Shown here piece by piece: positions 17,313 through 26,570 of a stretch of DNA of 64,000 nt. The notes beneath the pieces were generated by a model, which saw only the letters and a list, made by a program, of their open reading frames with translations, was not told the DNA's origin and made no database searches. A program made the position numbers and the translations under genes. Source of the stretch: an uncultured Candidatus Saccharibacteria bacterium (GTDB taxonomy: Bacteria > Patescibacteriota > Doudnabacteria > UBA920); contig CAYTCJ010000001.1 in the NCBI GenBank assembly GCA_964436545.1, positions 78,392 through 142,391 on the forward strand. The letters run 5' to 3'. Each line of letters begins with the position of its first letter. Position 1 is the first letter of the stretch.

Positions 17313-18680
17313 ATGACTCCCATTATCTTACATTTAGATATGAATAGTTATTTTGCCTCGGTGCTTCAGCAAGACAACCGGGCTTATAGAGGCAAGGTTT
17401 TAGGTGTGTGTGAGCATTTGGGCGGAATTATTATTTCTGCCAGCAAAGAAGCAAAAAAATGGGGTATAAAAACCGGCACGCCGGTGTGGGAAGCCAAAAA
17501 ACTTTATCCCAAAATTATTTTAACTCATACTACAGCGGAAAGGTTTAGGTTTTATACTCGTCGGTTAATTAAATTGGTTTCCGACTATACCGATCAGGTG
17601 GAAGTCTATAGCATAGATGAAGTGTTTCTTGATATTACGCGGACGTGTAATATCAGCCAATCAGCTTATCAGCATACAAGCTTGTCAGCTGGAGGGGGAG
17701 TTAATCCGTTTGCGGAAGCGGTAAATATGGCTTTGGAAATTAAACACCGCATGAAGCAGGAGGTGGGGGATTATTTAACTTGCAGTATTGGCATTGCGGA
17801 AAATAAAGTTTTAGCGAAAATCGGTTCAGATTTTAAAAAGCCGGATGGCATAGTAGTGATACAAAATTCTAAATCCGAAATTCTAAATCCGAAACAAATT
17901 TTAAATTCTAAATCCCAAATCTTAAATTTGCAAAAAGAAGATTTGTATCATTGCTTAAAGCTCACAGATGTGCCGGGAATTGGGGAGAGACAAGCAAAAA
18001 ATTTACATGCTCTAGGCATTAAAACTTTAGTGGATTTAAAACATTATCCCCAAAGTCATTTAATGGCTCGTTTTGGTAGAATTACCGGACATCATTTGCA
18101 TAATTTAGGCCAATTAAATGCTTCGTGGAAAACTTTGGTTCATCAACAACAAGAAATTAAATCAATCGGTCATATGTACACTTTGCCTAAAGAGTATCGA
18201 AAGCCGGAATTTTTTGAACCCGTGTTATTTAAACTGTGCGAGATGGTGGCTAGGAGGCTGAGGCGGAAAAATTTAGAAGGGAATGTAATCCATGCTTTTT
18301 GTTATTTTGAAGACCATCAAAATTGCGGTAATAGTTTGAAGGTGGGGGATTATATAAGTGATGGGCGGGAAATTTTTAGGTATGCCTCGGATATTTTAAA
18401 AATTTTAAATTCCCCCGCCTTCGGCACCCCCTCTTTGGCCACAGAGGGGGGAGGGGGAGTTAGGAAATTTAGCATGATTGGTATTACCATATCTAATTTA
18501 AGACCAGCCACAGGGCAATTAAGTTTATTTGGGCATAAAGAAGAGAATACAGGGTTATTAAAAGCTTTAGATAAGATTAATAACAAATATGGCGAATTCA
18601 CCGTAGCTCGTGCGCCAATTTTAGCTACCGGCAAAGTTTTTCGCGACAGTGTGGGTTTTGGCAGAGTTAAAGAGCTCTAG
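17313..18680 (+). CDS. dinB: DNA polymerase IV (Y family) with three repeat-derived insertions
   Basis: HLDMNSYFAS, YSIDE, SIGIA.NK.LAK, KPDG, VPGIG; ATG at 17313 preferred over TTG at 17301. Confidence 0.95.
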   Translation: MTPIILHLDMNSYFASVLQQDNRAYRGKVLGVCEHLGGIIISASKEAKKWGIKTGTPVWEAKKLYPKIILTHTTAERFRFYTRRLIKLVSDYTDQVEVYSIDEVFLDITRTCNISQSAYQHTSLSAGGGVNPFAEAVNMALEIKHRMKQEVGDYLTCSIGIAENKVLAKIGSDFKKPDGIVVIQNSKSEILNPKQILNSKSQILNLQKEDLYHCLKLTDVPGIGERQAKNLHALGIKTLVDLKHYPQSHLMARFGRITGHHLHNLGQLNASWKTLVHQQQEIKSIGHMYTLPKEYRKPEFFEPVLFKLCEMVARRLRRKNLEGNVIHAFCYFEDHQNCGNSLKVGDYISDGREIFRYASDILKILNSPAFGTPSLATEGGGGVRKFSMIGITISNLRPATGQLSLFGHKEENTGLLKALDKINNKYGEFTVARAPILATGKVFRDSVGFGRVKEL

Positions 18681-18782
18681 GTTATCCACATGCTTGACAA
18701 ATAATTTTTGCATGATAATCTTAATTCACAATTGAATATTTGTATAGACCTTTTGCAAAAGGTCTTATGTATAAATCGTTAA

Positions 18783-18998
18783 TTTGGAAGTCGCGCTCCA
18801 AAGATGATGTGTCGCAAAATCGACAACGGAAACCAATCCGTAAAATTTGGTTCGGAATTATTGTTCCGGCCTGAGAGTCTTAAAGTAATATTTAAGGAAA
18901 ACAAGGTGGTACCGCGGTGAATCAATATCACATAGTAGATTGAGAATCCGTCCTTGAAAATAACAGTTTTTGTTATTTTTGTGGACGGATTTTATTAT
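18783..18998 (+). promoter_or_regulatory. T-box riboswitch 2 upstream of argF (ultrashort Stem I, CGC specifier)
   Basis: AAGGTGGTACCGCG at 18903-18916, CCGTCCTTG partner, terminator 18945-18998, pseudoknot AACCAA/TTGGTT. Confidence 0.87.
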
Positions 18999-19032
18999 TA
19001 GTAGGATTTTCGCTTTTGCAAAATACTCCCTC

Positions 19033-19209
19033 TGTTATTCCGAGCGAGTCTTCGCCAGCTGGCGGACGAGCCGAGGAATCCCTTATATATTCAAGACTTA
19101 AGGGATCCCTCCCATCTCCGCCAAGGCTACGGTGGGCAGGCCACTCATCTAAATTTACTAAGATAGGCTTGCCCGACGAAGCTTTGAGCGTAGTCGGGTT
19201 GGGATGACA
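19033..19209. repeat. Composite REP-like palindrome (TGTYATTCC..GGAATCC..GGATCC..GGGATGACA) with three nested smaller palindromes
   Basis: Same ends as copies at 45498-45607, 55902-55979, 58160-58248. Confidence 0.8.
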
Positions 19210-19236
19210 ACAAAGACGGAAGTTCTAAAAAATTTT

Positions 19237-20148
19237 ATGAATTATTTAAAAGATAACGATCTGACGCCCAAGCAAATTAAAGAAATTTTAGAATTAAGTG
19301 CTAAAGTCAAAGCCGAACCACAAACTTTTAGCCAAATTTTAAAAGGTAAGACCGTGGCCTTGTTGTTTGAAAAGGCTTCGCTCAGAACCAAATTTACTTT
19401 ACAAATTGGCATTGAACAATTGGGGGGTTATTCGGTTTTAAATGATGGTAAAATTCCAGACAGAGAGCCCATTGCCGATATTGCCAGAAATTTGGAAAGG
19501 TGGGTAGATATGGTTGTGGCGCGGGTGTATGCGCATGCTACCTTGGAAGAATTGGCCAAAAATTGCTCGAAACCGGTAGTCAATGCTTTAAGTGACTTAT
19601 ATCATCCGTGTCAGATTCTAGCCGATATGCTTACTTTGCAAGAAAAGTTTGGAGATTTAAAAAAAATTAAATTAGCTTTTGTCGGCGATGGTAATAATGT
19701 GTGTAATTCGCTAATTTTAGCCGGGATGGCTTTGGGGTTAGATTTAAGAGTCGTAACACCTGCTTCCTACGAACCGGAACAAGCAGTGGTGGCAAAAGGC
19801 AAGAAGTTAGGGGTGGGGAGTCATGGCCGTTTATTGATTACCCATCGGATTGCGCAAGCCGTGAAAGGTGTGGATGTGATTTATACCGACACTTGGGTAA
19901 GCATGGGACAAGAAGCCGAGGCCGATGTGCGCAGAAAGGCTTTTAAAGGTTTTCAAGTAACCGAAACAATGTTTAAGTTAGCTAAAAAGTCAGCGGTGTT
20001 TATGCATTGTTTACCCAAGCATCCGAACGAAGAGGTGGCTGATGAAATTTTTGAATCGTCAAGGTCGTTGGTTTTTGAGCAAGCGGAAAATCGTTTGCAT
20101 ACCATAAAAGGTTTGCTGATTTATTTGAATTCGTTTAAAGATTCGTAG
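19237..20148 (+). CDS. argF: Ornithine carbamoyltransferase
   Basis: FEKASLRT, HPCQ, GDGNN, DTWVSMG, HCLP, QAENR; the upstream ATG at 19204 lies in the repeat end. Confidence 0.93.
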   Translation: MNYLKDNDLTPKQIKEILELSAKVKAEPQTFSQILKGKTVALLFEKASLRTKFTLQIGIEQLGGYSVLNDGKIPDREPIADIARNLERWVDMVVARVYAHATLEELAKNCSKPVVNALSDLYHPCQILADMLTLQEKFGDLKKIKLAFVGDGNNVCNSLILAGMALGLDLRVVTPASYEPEQAVVAKGKKLGVGSHGRLLITHRIAQAVKGVDVIYTDTWVSMGQEAEADVRRKAFKGFQVTETMFKLAKKSAVFMHCLPKHPNEEVADEIFESSRSLVFEQAENRLHTIKGLLIYLNSFKDS

Positions 20149-20160
20149 TCCGCTTGAAGT

Positions 20161-21858
20161 TTGGGTTTATGGTATGATGTAAGAGTGAAATTTATTAAAA
20201 ATTTTGGAAGCTATATATACAATAACCCTGCGGGACAATGGATTCCGGTGTTTTTAATTTTAGTTGTTGGCACAGGTTTTTATTTTCAAAATTTAGGCAC
20301 GAGTTACATTACGCTGTGGGACGAGGTTGTGCATGTGAATGTGGTAAAAAATTTAAGCCAAACTTGGTGGCCACCCAAGTTGCATTTAACCGACATTGGG
20401 AGCGATTTTCAGGATTGGACCAATAATTATATTTGGGTGCATAAACCGCTGTTACCTTTATATCTTCAGGCCTTGGTATATAAATTTTCTCCCACTTTGT
20501 GGGCGTTTCGTTTGCCTGGGGTGATTTTCGCTTTAATGACAGGTGGGTGTTTATTTTGGCTGGTGAAAAAACATTTTGACGTAATTTCGGCTTGGGTGGT
20601 TTGCAGTTTTTTTGTGTTTAACCCGTATGTTTTGGAACTGGTAAAAGGTCGGCAGTTTTCCGGACTTCACGATTTAATGTTTGTTTTTTTTGGAGTTTTG
20701 GCGTTAAACCAACTTTTAAAGATAAGTAATTTGGGAGGGAGTTGGTTGTGGTTTGGTTTATTGGCCGGACTGGGTTATTTAAGCAAAGGCGGATTGGCTT
20801 TTTTATTTTTTATCCCTCTGTTAGCCATAGTGGGGCATCAACCAGCTAAAAAAACCGTAAGTTTAAATTTTTTGTATGCCGGTTTGGTTACACTAATAAC
20901 TATTTTTCCGGAAAAAGTTTATTTGTTAATTGTGTATCCGGCGGAATATTTTTTTGAACAGAGTTTGCAATTTTTACACTTGTTTAAATATTTGGAATAT
21001 TGGGGCCGGCCGTGGGATTATTATTTAAGTGTGTATTTAAGAGATATGCTCACGCCCCAAATGTATTTGGTGGGCTTGGCCGGAGTGGGGTTTGGTTTGT
21101 ATGCTTGGACCAGAGATTTTAAACTAAAGCTTTTAACCTTGTGGGTGTTGGCTTTTTTAGTGCCCCTATCGGTGGGCATGACAAAAATTTCCAATTTTAT
21201 TTTGGCAATTTTGCCGGCAATATATATTTTACTCAGTCAATTTTTTCTTTGGCAAATGCGCACTAAAAAGTATGCGGAGGTTTCGGCTTGGGCGAGTTTA
21301 AGTCTGGTGGTGTATGGGTTAGTCCGTTTAGATGTTGGCAGAATTAAATTGCATTTGTTTCAAGACTTTGCCGGAGTGCAAAGATTCGCTCTGGCGGGGT
21401 TTTCGCTGTTAGGGTTGGCTGTGTTATACAGCGGGTTTAAATTTATAAGCCAAAAAATTAATTTGGCAAGGACGGCTAAAATTTTATTGGGACTGAGCGG
21501 GTTACTCATAGTAGGCACTTACTTACGGGCCATGCAAATTAATAATCGTAAGTTTTTAAGTTTTGCCGATTATCCGGTGCAGGCCAATTTAAGCACCGTA
21601 GCGTCTAACTTGTCCGCCACTTTACCGCACAATGCCATTGTGCTCACTTATTTTCCCACGCTCCCCAAGTCGCACTTATACTTTCAATATTTTGCCAGCC
21701 GAGATGCGATGGAAATTTATAATCGACAACCTTTATTTTTGTTATTACAACAACTGCCCAAAAATCGCCCGAAATTTGTTTTATCAGAAATACCTCTCAG
21801 TTTTGAAACTTTGGCCTTAATTACCCCAGAGAGGTTATATTTCTATCAAGTCAAATAA
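20161..21858 (+). CDS. GT-C / family 39 (ArnT/PMT-like) glycosyltransferase
   Basis: WDE motif, HKPLLP, LAGLGYLSKG, many TM helices; start uncertain. Confidence 0.8.
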   Translation: MGLWYDVRVKFIKNFGSYIYNNPAGQWIPVFLILVVGTGFYFQNLGTSYITLWDEVVHVNVVKNLSQTWWPPKLHLTDIGSDFQDWTNNYIWVHKPLLPLYLQALVYKFSPTLWAFRLPGVIFALMTGGCLFWLVKKHFDVISAWVVCSFFVFNPYVLELVKGRQFSGLHDLMFVFFGVLALNQLLKISNLGGSWLWFGLLAGLGYLSKGGLAFLFFIPLLAIVGHQPAKKTVSLNFLYAGLVTLITIFPEKVYLLIVYPAEYFFEQSLQFLHLFKYLEYWGRPWDYYLSVYLRDMLTPQMYLVGLAGVGFGLYAWTRDFKLKLLTLWVLAFLVPLSVGMTKISNFILAILPAIYILLSQFFLWQMRTKKYAEVSAWASLSLVVYGLVRLDVGRIKLHLFQDFAGVQRFALAGFSLLGLAVLYSGFKFISQKINLARTAKILLGLSGLLIVGTYLRAMQINNRKFLSFADYPVQANLSTVASNLSATLPHNAIVLTYFPTLPKSHLYFQYFASRDAMEIYNRQPLFLLLQQLPKNRPKFVLSEIPLSFETLALITPERLYFYQVK

Positions 21859-21908
21859 ATATGGTATAATTAATAACATCAATCATTCAATTTTGAAAGG
21901 AAATAAAA

Positions 21909-22172
21909 ATGGCAGAAGAACAATATAAGCAAATGCTTACCGATTTAATTAAAAAGCAAATGGTCGTGTTAGGGCCGAATATTGCTTTAGATAAAGCCAG
22001 AAAAGTGGCGGGTTTAAAGGTAAGTGATGAAGGCAATGTTTTAGTTGTGGAGGGGGATCCGCAATTGGTGTTAAAAGGCGTGGCCAACGAATATATGCAG
22101 TTGTCCGGACAAATTGCGCAAATGACTTTAAATAGTTTGGTGGAAAAGTATCCAACTTTAAAAAGCTTATAA
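21909..22172 (+). CDS. Small conserved-looking protein upstream of histidine kinase
   Basis: SD GAAAGGA and TGGTATAAT promoter; balanced composition. Confidence 0.75.
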   Translation: MAEEQYKQMLTDLIKKQMVVLGPNIALDKARKVAGLKVSDEGNVLVVEGDPQLVLKGVANEYMQLSGQIAQMTLNSLVEKYPTLKSL

Positions 22173-22198
22173 AAACCAACAGGTAGGTTTGTTTTACT

Positions 22199-23863
22199 AT
22201 GTTTTTAAACTATTTGTTAATAATTAATTTTTTAATGCTGGCCATTGTGGTTACCGGCTACGCTTATTCCAGTACCCGGGAAAGAAAATATTTACATTCA
22301 GCGGCTTCGCAATCTTTGGAGCTTCAGCAAAAGGTGTATCAGGCGCAAGTTTTAAAAGAAATCAACGAAAGAATCGGTTATTCTTTAGATACTAACAAAA
22401 TTGTAGACATTATTACCAGCAGTTTGGGTAATTTATTGGAATACGATACGGTTTCGTATATGGTATTGGAGGCTAACCAAAAAGTGGTGTTTAAGTGCCA
22501 AGTGGAAAATTCGGTGAGTCATAAGTTTATTGAGGAAGTGAAAACCAAAATGTTAGATTCTTATTCGGCAATTTTAAACACCCACATTACTCCGGAAAAA
22601 ATTGACGAAAGTATTACCGGCAACATTTTGGATGATAGTTTAAAAGTCAGTGTGTTGTCTTTTTTTAATTTACCCGTGGTTATTTCCGGCAAATTAGTCG
22701 GGTTAATTAATGTGGCCAGTCAAACCAAGGGTCAGTATGGCGATAATCAGGCCACCATTTTATATACCATCACCAACCAAGCCGCTTTGGCTGTGTCGAA
22801 ACTGCAAGCGGTGTTGGAAAGCGAAAAAGGTAAATTGGCGGGAATTATTTATTCTTTAATCGATGGGGTAATTATGGTAGATACCGATAACCAGTTAATG
22901 GTTTATAACCCCACGGTGAGGAAAATTTTTAATTTACCGGCCGACAAACCGCTTACCATTTTTGACATTGTCGATGGTTTGGCGGGAAAAGTGGATTTAC
23001 GCACTAAAATTGAACAAGCCATTAAAGAAGACAAGCCGGTAATTGCTCCGGAAGTGTATTTAAAAGATAAAGCTTTGGAAATTACGGTTTCGCCGGTAAA
23101 AGATACCTCTGGGAATGTGTTTGGCGCCAGTGTGTTATTCCACGACATTACCACAGAAAAGTCGCTGGAAAAATTAAGGCAAGAATTTACCGCCATGATG
23201 GTGCATGAACTTAGAGCGCCTTTAACCGCAGTTAGGTGGTCCTCGGAAAGCATGGTAAAAAATTTAGCTACGGCCCAGGGGATTGATCCGCAAAAAATTA
23301 AAGACACGGCAGTTACCATTGAAACCGCTTCCAATAATATGCTGGAGTTGGTGAATGATTTGTTAGACGTGGCAAAAATTGAAGCGGGCAAATTTGAGCT
23401 GAATTTGCAAGATAACGATTTGGTGGAAATTTTAGTTTCGCAAGTTAAAGCTTTTAAATCTCAGGCGGAAATGAAGCATTTAACCATCAATTTAACCAAT
23501 CCGCCCAAATGCGTGGTAAAATTAGATAAAGTCAGAATTTCTCAAGTTTTGGGTAATTTGTTGTCTAATGCCATAAAGTATACGGACAGTGGTGAAGTGC
23601 AGGTGGATTTGCAAGTTAAAGAAGCGGAAAACCAAGTGGTGGTAGCGGTTAAAGATTCGGGGATTGGCATTCCTCAAGAAGATCTGAATTTGTTGTTTTC
23701 TAAGTTTAAACAATTAAAATCGGGCGATCGAAGCCGGAAAGGCACGGGTTTGGGTTTGGTGGTAAGCAAGGGGATTGTGGAGTCGCATAACGGGAAAATT
23801 TGGGCGGAAAGCGCGGGAGAAAATTTGGGCAGTATTTTTTATTTTTCATTACCAATTAAATAA
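22199..23863 (+). CDS. Sensor histidine kinase (TM-GAF-PAS-HisKA-HATPase)
   Basis: HELRAPL H-box, NLLSNAIKY, DSGIG, GTGLGL. Confidence 0.95.
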   Translation: MFLNYLLIINFLMLAIVVTGYAYSSTRERKYLHSAASQSLELQQKVYQAQVLKEINERIGYSLDTNKIVDIITSSLGNLLEYDTVSYMVLEANQKVVFKCQVENSVSHKFIEEVKTKMLDSYSAILNTHITPEKIDESITGNILDDSLKVSVLSFFNLPVVISGKLVGLINVASQTKGQYGDNQATILYTITNQAALAVSKLQAVLESEKGKLAGIIYSLIDGVIMVDTDNQLMVYNPTVRKIFNLPADKPLTIFDIVDGLAGKVDLRTKIEQAIKEDKPVIAPEVYLKDKALEITVSPVKDTSGNVFGASVLFHDITTEKSLEKLRQEFTAMMVHELRAPLTAVRWSSESMVKNLATAQGIDPQKIKDTAVTIETASNNMLELVNDLLDVAKIEAGKFELNLQDNDLVEILVSQVKAFKSQAEMKHLTINLTNPPKCVVKLDKVRISQVLGNLLSNAIKYTDSGEVQVDLQVKEAENQVVVAVKDSGIGIPQEDLNLLFSKFKQLKSGDRSRKGTGLGLVVSKGIVESHNGKIWAESAGENLGSIFYFSLPIK

Positions 23864-24009
23864 AATGTTCAATTTTTAATTTACAATTTTCAAAATTTTT
23901 TTTGCTTGGAAATTGATAATTGAGAATTGAAAATTAAATAATAATTTAGTCATTTCTAAATGTACTCACATTAGATGAGGCTAGGTTATATAATTTTGAA
24001 GGGATTATT

Positions 24010-24393
24010 ATGGCGAAAATTTTAGTTGCCGAAGATGACAAGCTCATTTCCGGCTCACTCTGTGACGGTTTAAAGGCCGCCGGTTTTGAGGCTTTTCCCG
24101 CTTACGATGGCGAGGAAGCAGTGGCAAAAGCCAAAGAAATTAAACCTGACTTGGCGTTGTTAGACATTATGATGCCAAAATTGGACGGGATTGGCGTGTT
24201 GTGGGAGTTTAAATCTAATCCGGAAACCGAAAAGTTGCCGGTAGTGGTGCTTACGAATATTGGCGATGTAGACACCATTAGCAAAATTGTGGAAGCCGGA
24301 GCTACTGACTATTTATTAAAGAGCGACCAATCTATAGACGAAGTCGTAAAAAAAGTGAATGAGGTGTTAAACCGCTCAGTGAAGCTGGGTTAG
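24010..24393 (+). CDS. Stand-alone receiver-domain response regulator
   Basis: AEDD, LLDIMMPKLDG, DYLLK. Confidence 0.94.
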   Translation: MAKILVAEDDKLISGSLCDGLKAAGFEAFPAYDGEEAVAKAKEIKPDLALLDIMMPKLDGIGVLWEFKSNPETEKLPVVVLTNIGDVDTISKIVEAGATDYLLKSDQSIDEVVKKVNEVLNRSVKLG

Positions 24394-24398
24394 TAAAT

Positions 24399-24818
24399 AT
24401 GAAAGTTGTTTTACAAGATCAATTTAGGTATATTTTACGGGTAGATGCCGGCGAAGAAGTTTTTGCTCAGCTTAAAAATTTTGCCGAGGCACATCAGATT
24501 TCATCCGCTTATTTTAGCGGGATTGGGGCGTGTAGCCAAGCTCAGCTCTCGTATTTTAACTTGCACAGCCGGCAGTACCAAACCCACTTATTTGGCGAAG
24601 ATATGGAAATTGTGGCATTAACCGGAAATGTGTCGCTCCTTAATGGGGAGGTGGCTTTGCATGCGCACGCGGTATTGGCTAAAGCGGATTTCACATGCCT
24701 AGGCGGGCATGTTATGAGTTTGACCATTTCTGCCACTTGCGAAATTTTTTTAGTTAAATTGGCAGAGCCGATGCACAGAACTTTTCAGACCGCATTAAAT
24801 TTAAATTTATTAAGTTAA
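24399..24818 (+). CDS. PPC-domain (DUF296) protein
   Basis: GIGA, EIVALTGN, HAH, GGH, TCEI. Confidence 0.9.
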   Translation: MKVVLQDQFRYILRVDAGEEVFAQLKNFAEAHQISSAYFSGIGACSQAQLSYFNLHSRQYQTHLFGEDMEIVALTGNVSLLNGEVALHAHAVLAKADFTCLGGHVMSLTISATCEIFLVKLAEPMHRTFQTALNLNLLS

Positions 24819-24822
24819 CTTT

Positions 24823-25332
24823 ATGGATATTTTAGCTCATAGCTTGTGGACTAACGCGGTATTTTATAAAAAATTCAGACTGGAAACTCGGCAACGTTTT
24901 TTGGCCGTGTTCTTTGGGGTCTTGCCCGATTTAGTATCGTTTGTGCCCAGCACTGTTTATTTACTGTTCGTGGGCAAGCGGTTTTCACCGGCTTTGTTTG
25001 GCTCCGATTTGTGGGTATTTAAATACGCGGAAGCCTCGTATAACTACTCTCATTCCATGGTGATTTTTTTGGGTATCGCGTTATTAATTTTCGTTATTAG
25101 AAAAGGTAAGGTGTATTGGCCTATGTGGGGCTGGGCTTTGCATATTGTAATAGATATTTTTACGCATAAAAATTTTTACGAAACGCCGTTTTTGTTTCCT
25201 TTGTCGGGTTTTCGGTTTAGTCATGGGATTTCGTGGGCGCATCCCACTTTTATGTTGGTAAATTATTTGGCTTTAACCGCGGTTTATTTAATTTGGTTTT
25301 TGGTGTTACGAAAAAAATATGCCAAAACCTAA
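24823..25332 (+). CDS. Membrane-bound metal-dependent hydrolase-like protein
   Basis: N-terminal His, LPD, HS, HIVIDIFTH, LFPL motifs. Confidence 0.7.
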   Translation: MDILAHSLWTNAVFYKKFRLETRQRFLAVFFGVLPDLVSFVPSTVYLLFVGKRFSPALFGSDLWVFKYAEASYNYSHSMVIFLGIALLIFVIRKGKVYWPMWGWALHIVIDIFTHKNFYETPFLFPLSGFRFSHGISWAHPTFMLVNYLALTAVYLIWFLVLRKKYAKT

Positions 25333-25819
25333 AATTAAAGAATTTTTTGTCATTGCGCATAATATTCGCTCCTTGCATAATGTGGGTTCAATATTTAGAA
25401 CCGCCGATGCGTTTAACATCACCAAAATCTATTTAACCGGGTTTACCGGCACGCCTGAGCATTATGTGCACCGGCAAAAAATTGAAAAAGTCGCTTTAGG
25501 GGCGGAAAAATTGGTGCCTTGGGAGTATGTAAAATCGCCCACTAAATTAATTAAGACCTTAAAAGCCAAGCAGGTGCAAATTGTGGCGTTAGAAAATCAT
25601 TTGCCTAAAGGGGTAAAGCTGGCTGGCCTTGTGGCGTTACATAAATTTAAACCCAAATTTCCTATTGCCTTAGTTTTGGGACAGGAAAGAAAGGGGATAA
25701 GCCAAGCGATACTGAATTTGTGCGATACAGCCGTGGAAATTCCCATGTATGGGCAAAAAGAAAGTTTAAACGTGTCTGTGGCGTTTGGAATTGCCGGTTT
25801 TTGTTTGACTGGGAAGTAA
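25319..25819 (+). CDS. TrmH/SpoU-family RNA methyltransferase
   Basis: NVGSIFRTAD, GQERKG, IPMYG..SLNVS. Confidence 0.92.
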   Translation: MPKPKIKEFFVIAHNIRSLHNVGSIFRTADAFNITKIYLTGFTGTPEHYVHRQKIEKVALGAEKLVPWEYVKSPTKLIKTLKAKQVQIVALENHLPKGVKLAGLVALHKFKPKFPIALVLGQERKGISQAILNLCDTAVEIPMYGQKESLNVSVAFGIAGFCLTGK

Positions 25820-25959
25820 TTGGGTTATATGCAAAATTGTTTTTGTGGATATCTGGAAAGTATAAGTAAAATCCTCAATAAAATCAGCACTTTTGCTGGT
25901 TTTTTTATTTAACCCTTTGGGTTTACTTTAGGGTTTTTGTGGTGTATAATTACATTAAT

Positions 25960-26004
25960 TGGTGAAGAGTGGTATAAGGTGGTAAAAAATGGTGAAATTT
26001 GTGG
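25960..26004 (+). promoter_or_regulatory. MraZ operator: TGGT/GTGG boxes at 10-bp periodicity
   Basis: TGGTGAAGAG TGGTATAAGG TGGTAAAAAA TGGTGAAATT TGTGG upstream of mraZ. Confidence 0.7.
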
Positions 26005-26115
26005 ATATCTTAAAACGCTGAATGTCCACTGAATTGACTGCAGTCGCTGAAAAAACGCTGAAGTCTTTGTCGGCGATTAATCAGCGTACACATCGGCCAT
26101 TAATCAGCGGTAAAT

Positions 26116-26547
26116 ATGTTTATAGGTGAATATCAAGCCAGCATAGATGAAAAAGGTAGAACCGCAGTGCCGGTTAAATTTAGAAAACTGTTAAAAAAGA
26201 AAGTGGTGGTTACTCGAGGTTTGGACCAGTCGTTATTTTTATACAATGTAGATGAGTGGAAAAAGTTAGCGGAAAAATTGGCTAGTCTCCCAATTTCTAC
26301 CGGTAACACCCGAGCTTTTTCCCGGCTCATGTTAGCCGGCGCTATGGATGTGGAAGTGGACAAGCAAGGCAGAATCAGTTTACCCGGGTATTTAAAAGAT
26401 TTTGCAAAGATGCAGAAGAAAATTATTTTTGCCGGCTTGTATAATCGGGTGGAAATTTGGAGCGAAGAGTTATGGAATGTATATAAAGCACAAACCGAAA
26501 AAGACAGTAACATTATTGCGGAACAGTTAGGCAGTTTGGGAGTATAA
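26116..26547 (+). CDS. mraZ: Transcriptional regulator MraZ
   Basis: MFIGEY..DEKGR, DKQGR, RVEIW. Confidence 0.97.
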   Translation: MFIGEYQASIDEKGRTAVPVKFRKLLKKKVVVTRGLDQSLFLYNVDEWKKLAEKLASLPISTGNTRAFSRLMLAGAMDVEVDKQGRISLPGYLKDFAKMQKKIIFAGLYNRVEIWSEELWNVYKAQTEKDSNIIAEQLGSLGV

Positions 26548-26570
26548 GATAATTGACCAAAATTTGAAAA

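Noticed and set aside
19016-19207. 63-aa ORF upstream of argF as a leader peptide
   Set aside because: It is a translation of the nested palindromic repeat; regulation is explained by the T-box.
18682-26008. Replication origin from DnaA boxes
   Set aside because: Boxes are single and scattered; no cluster and no dnaA/dnaN nearby.
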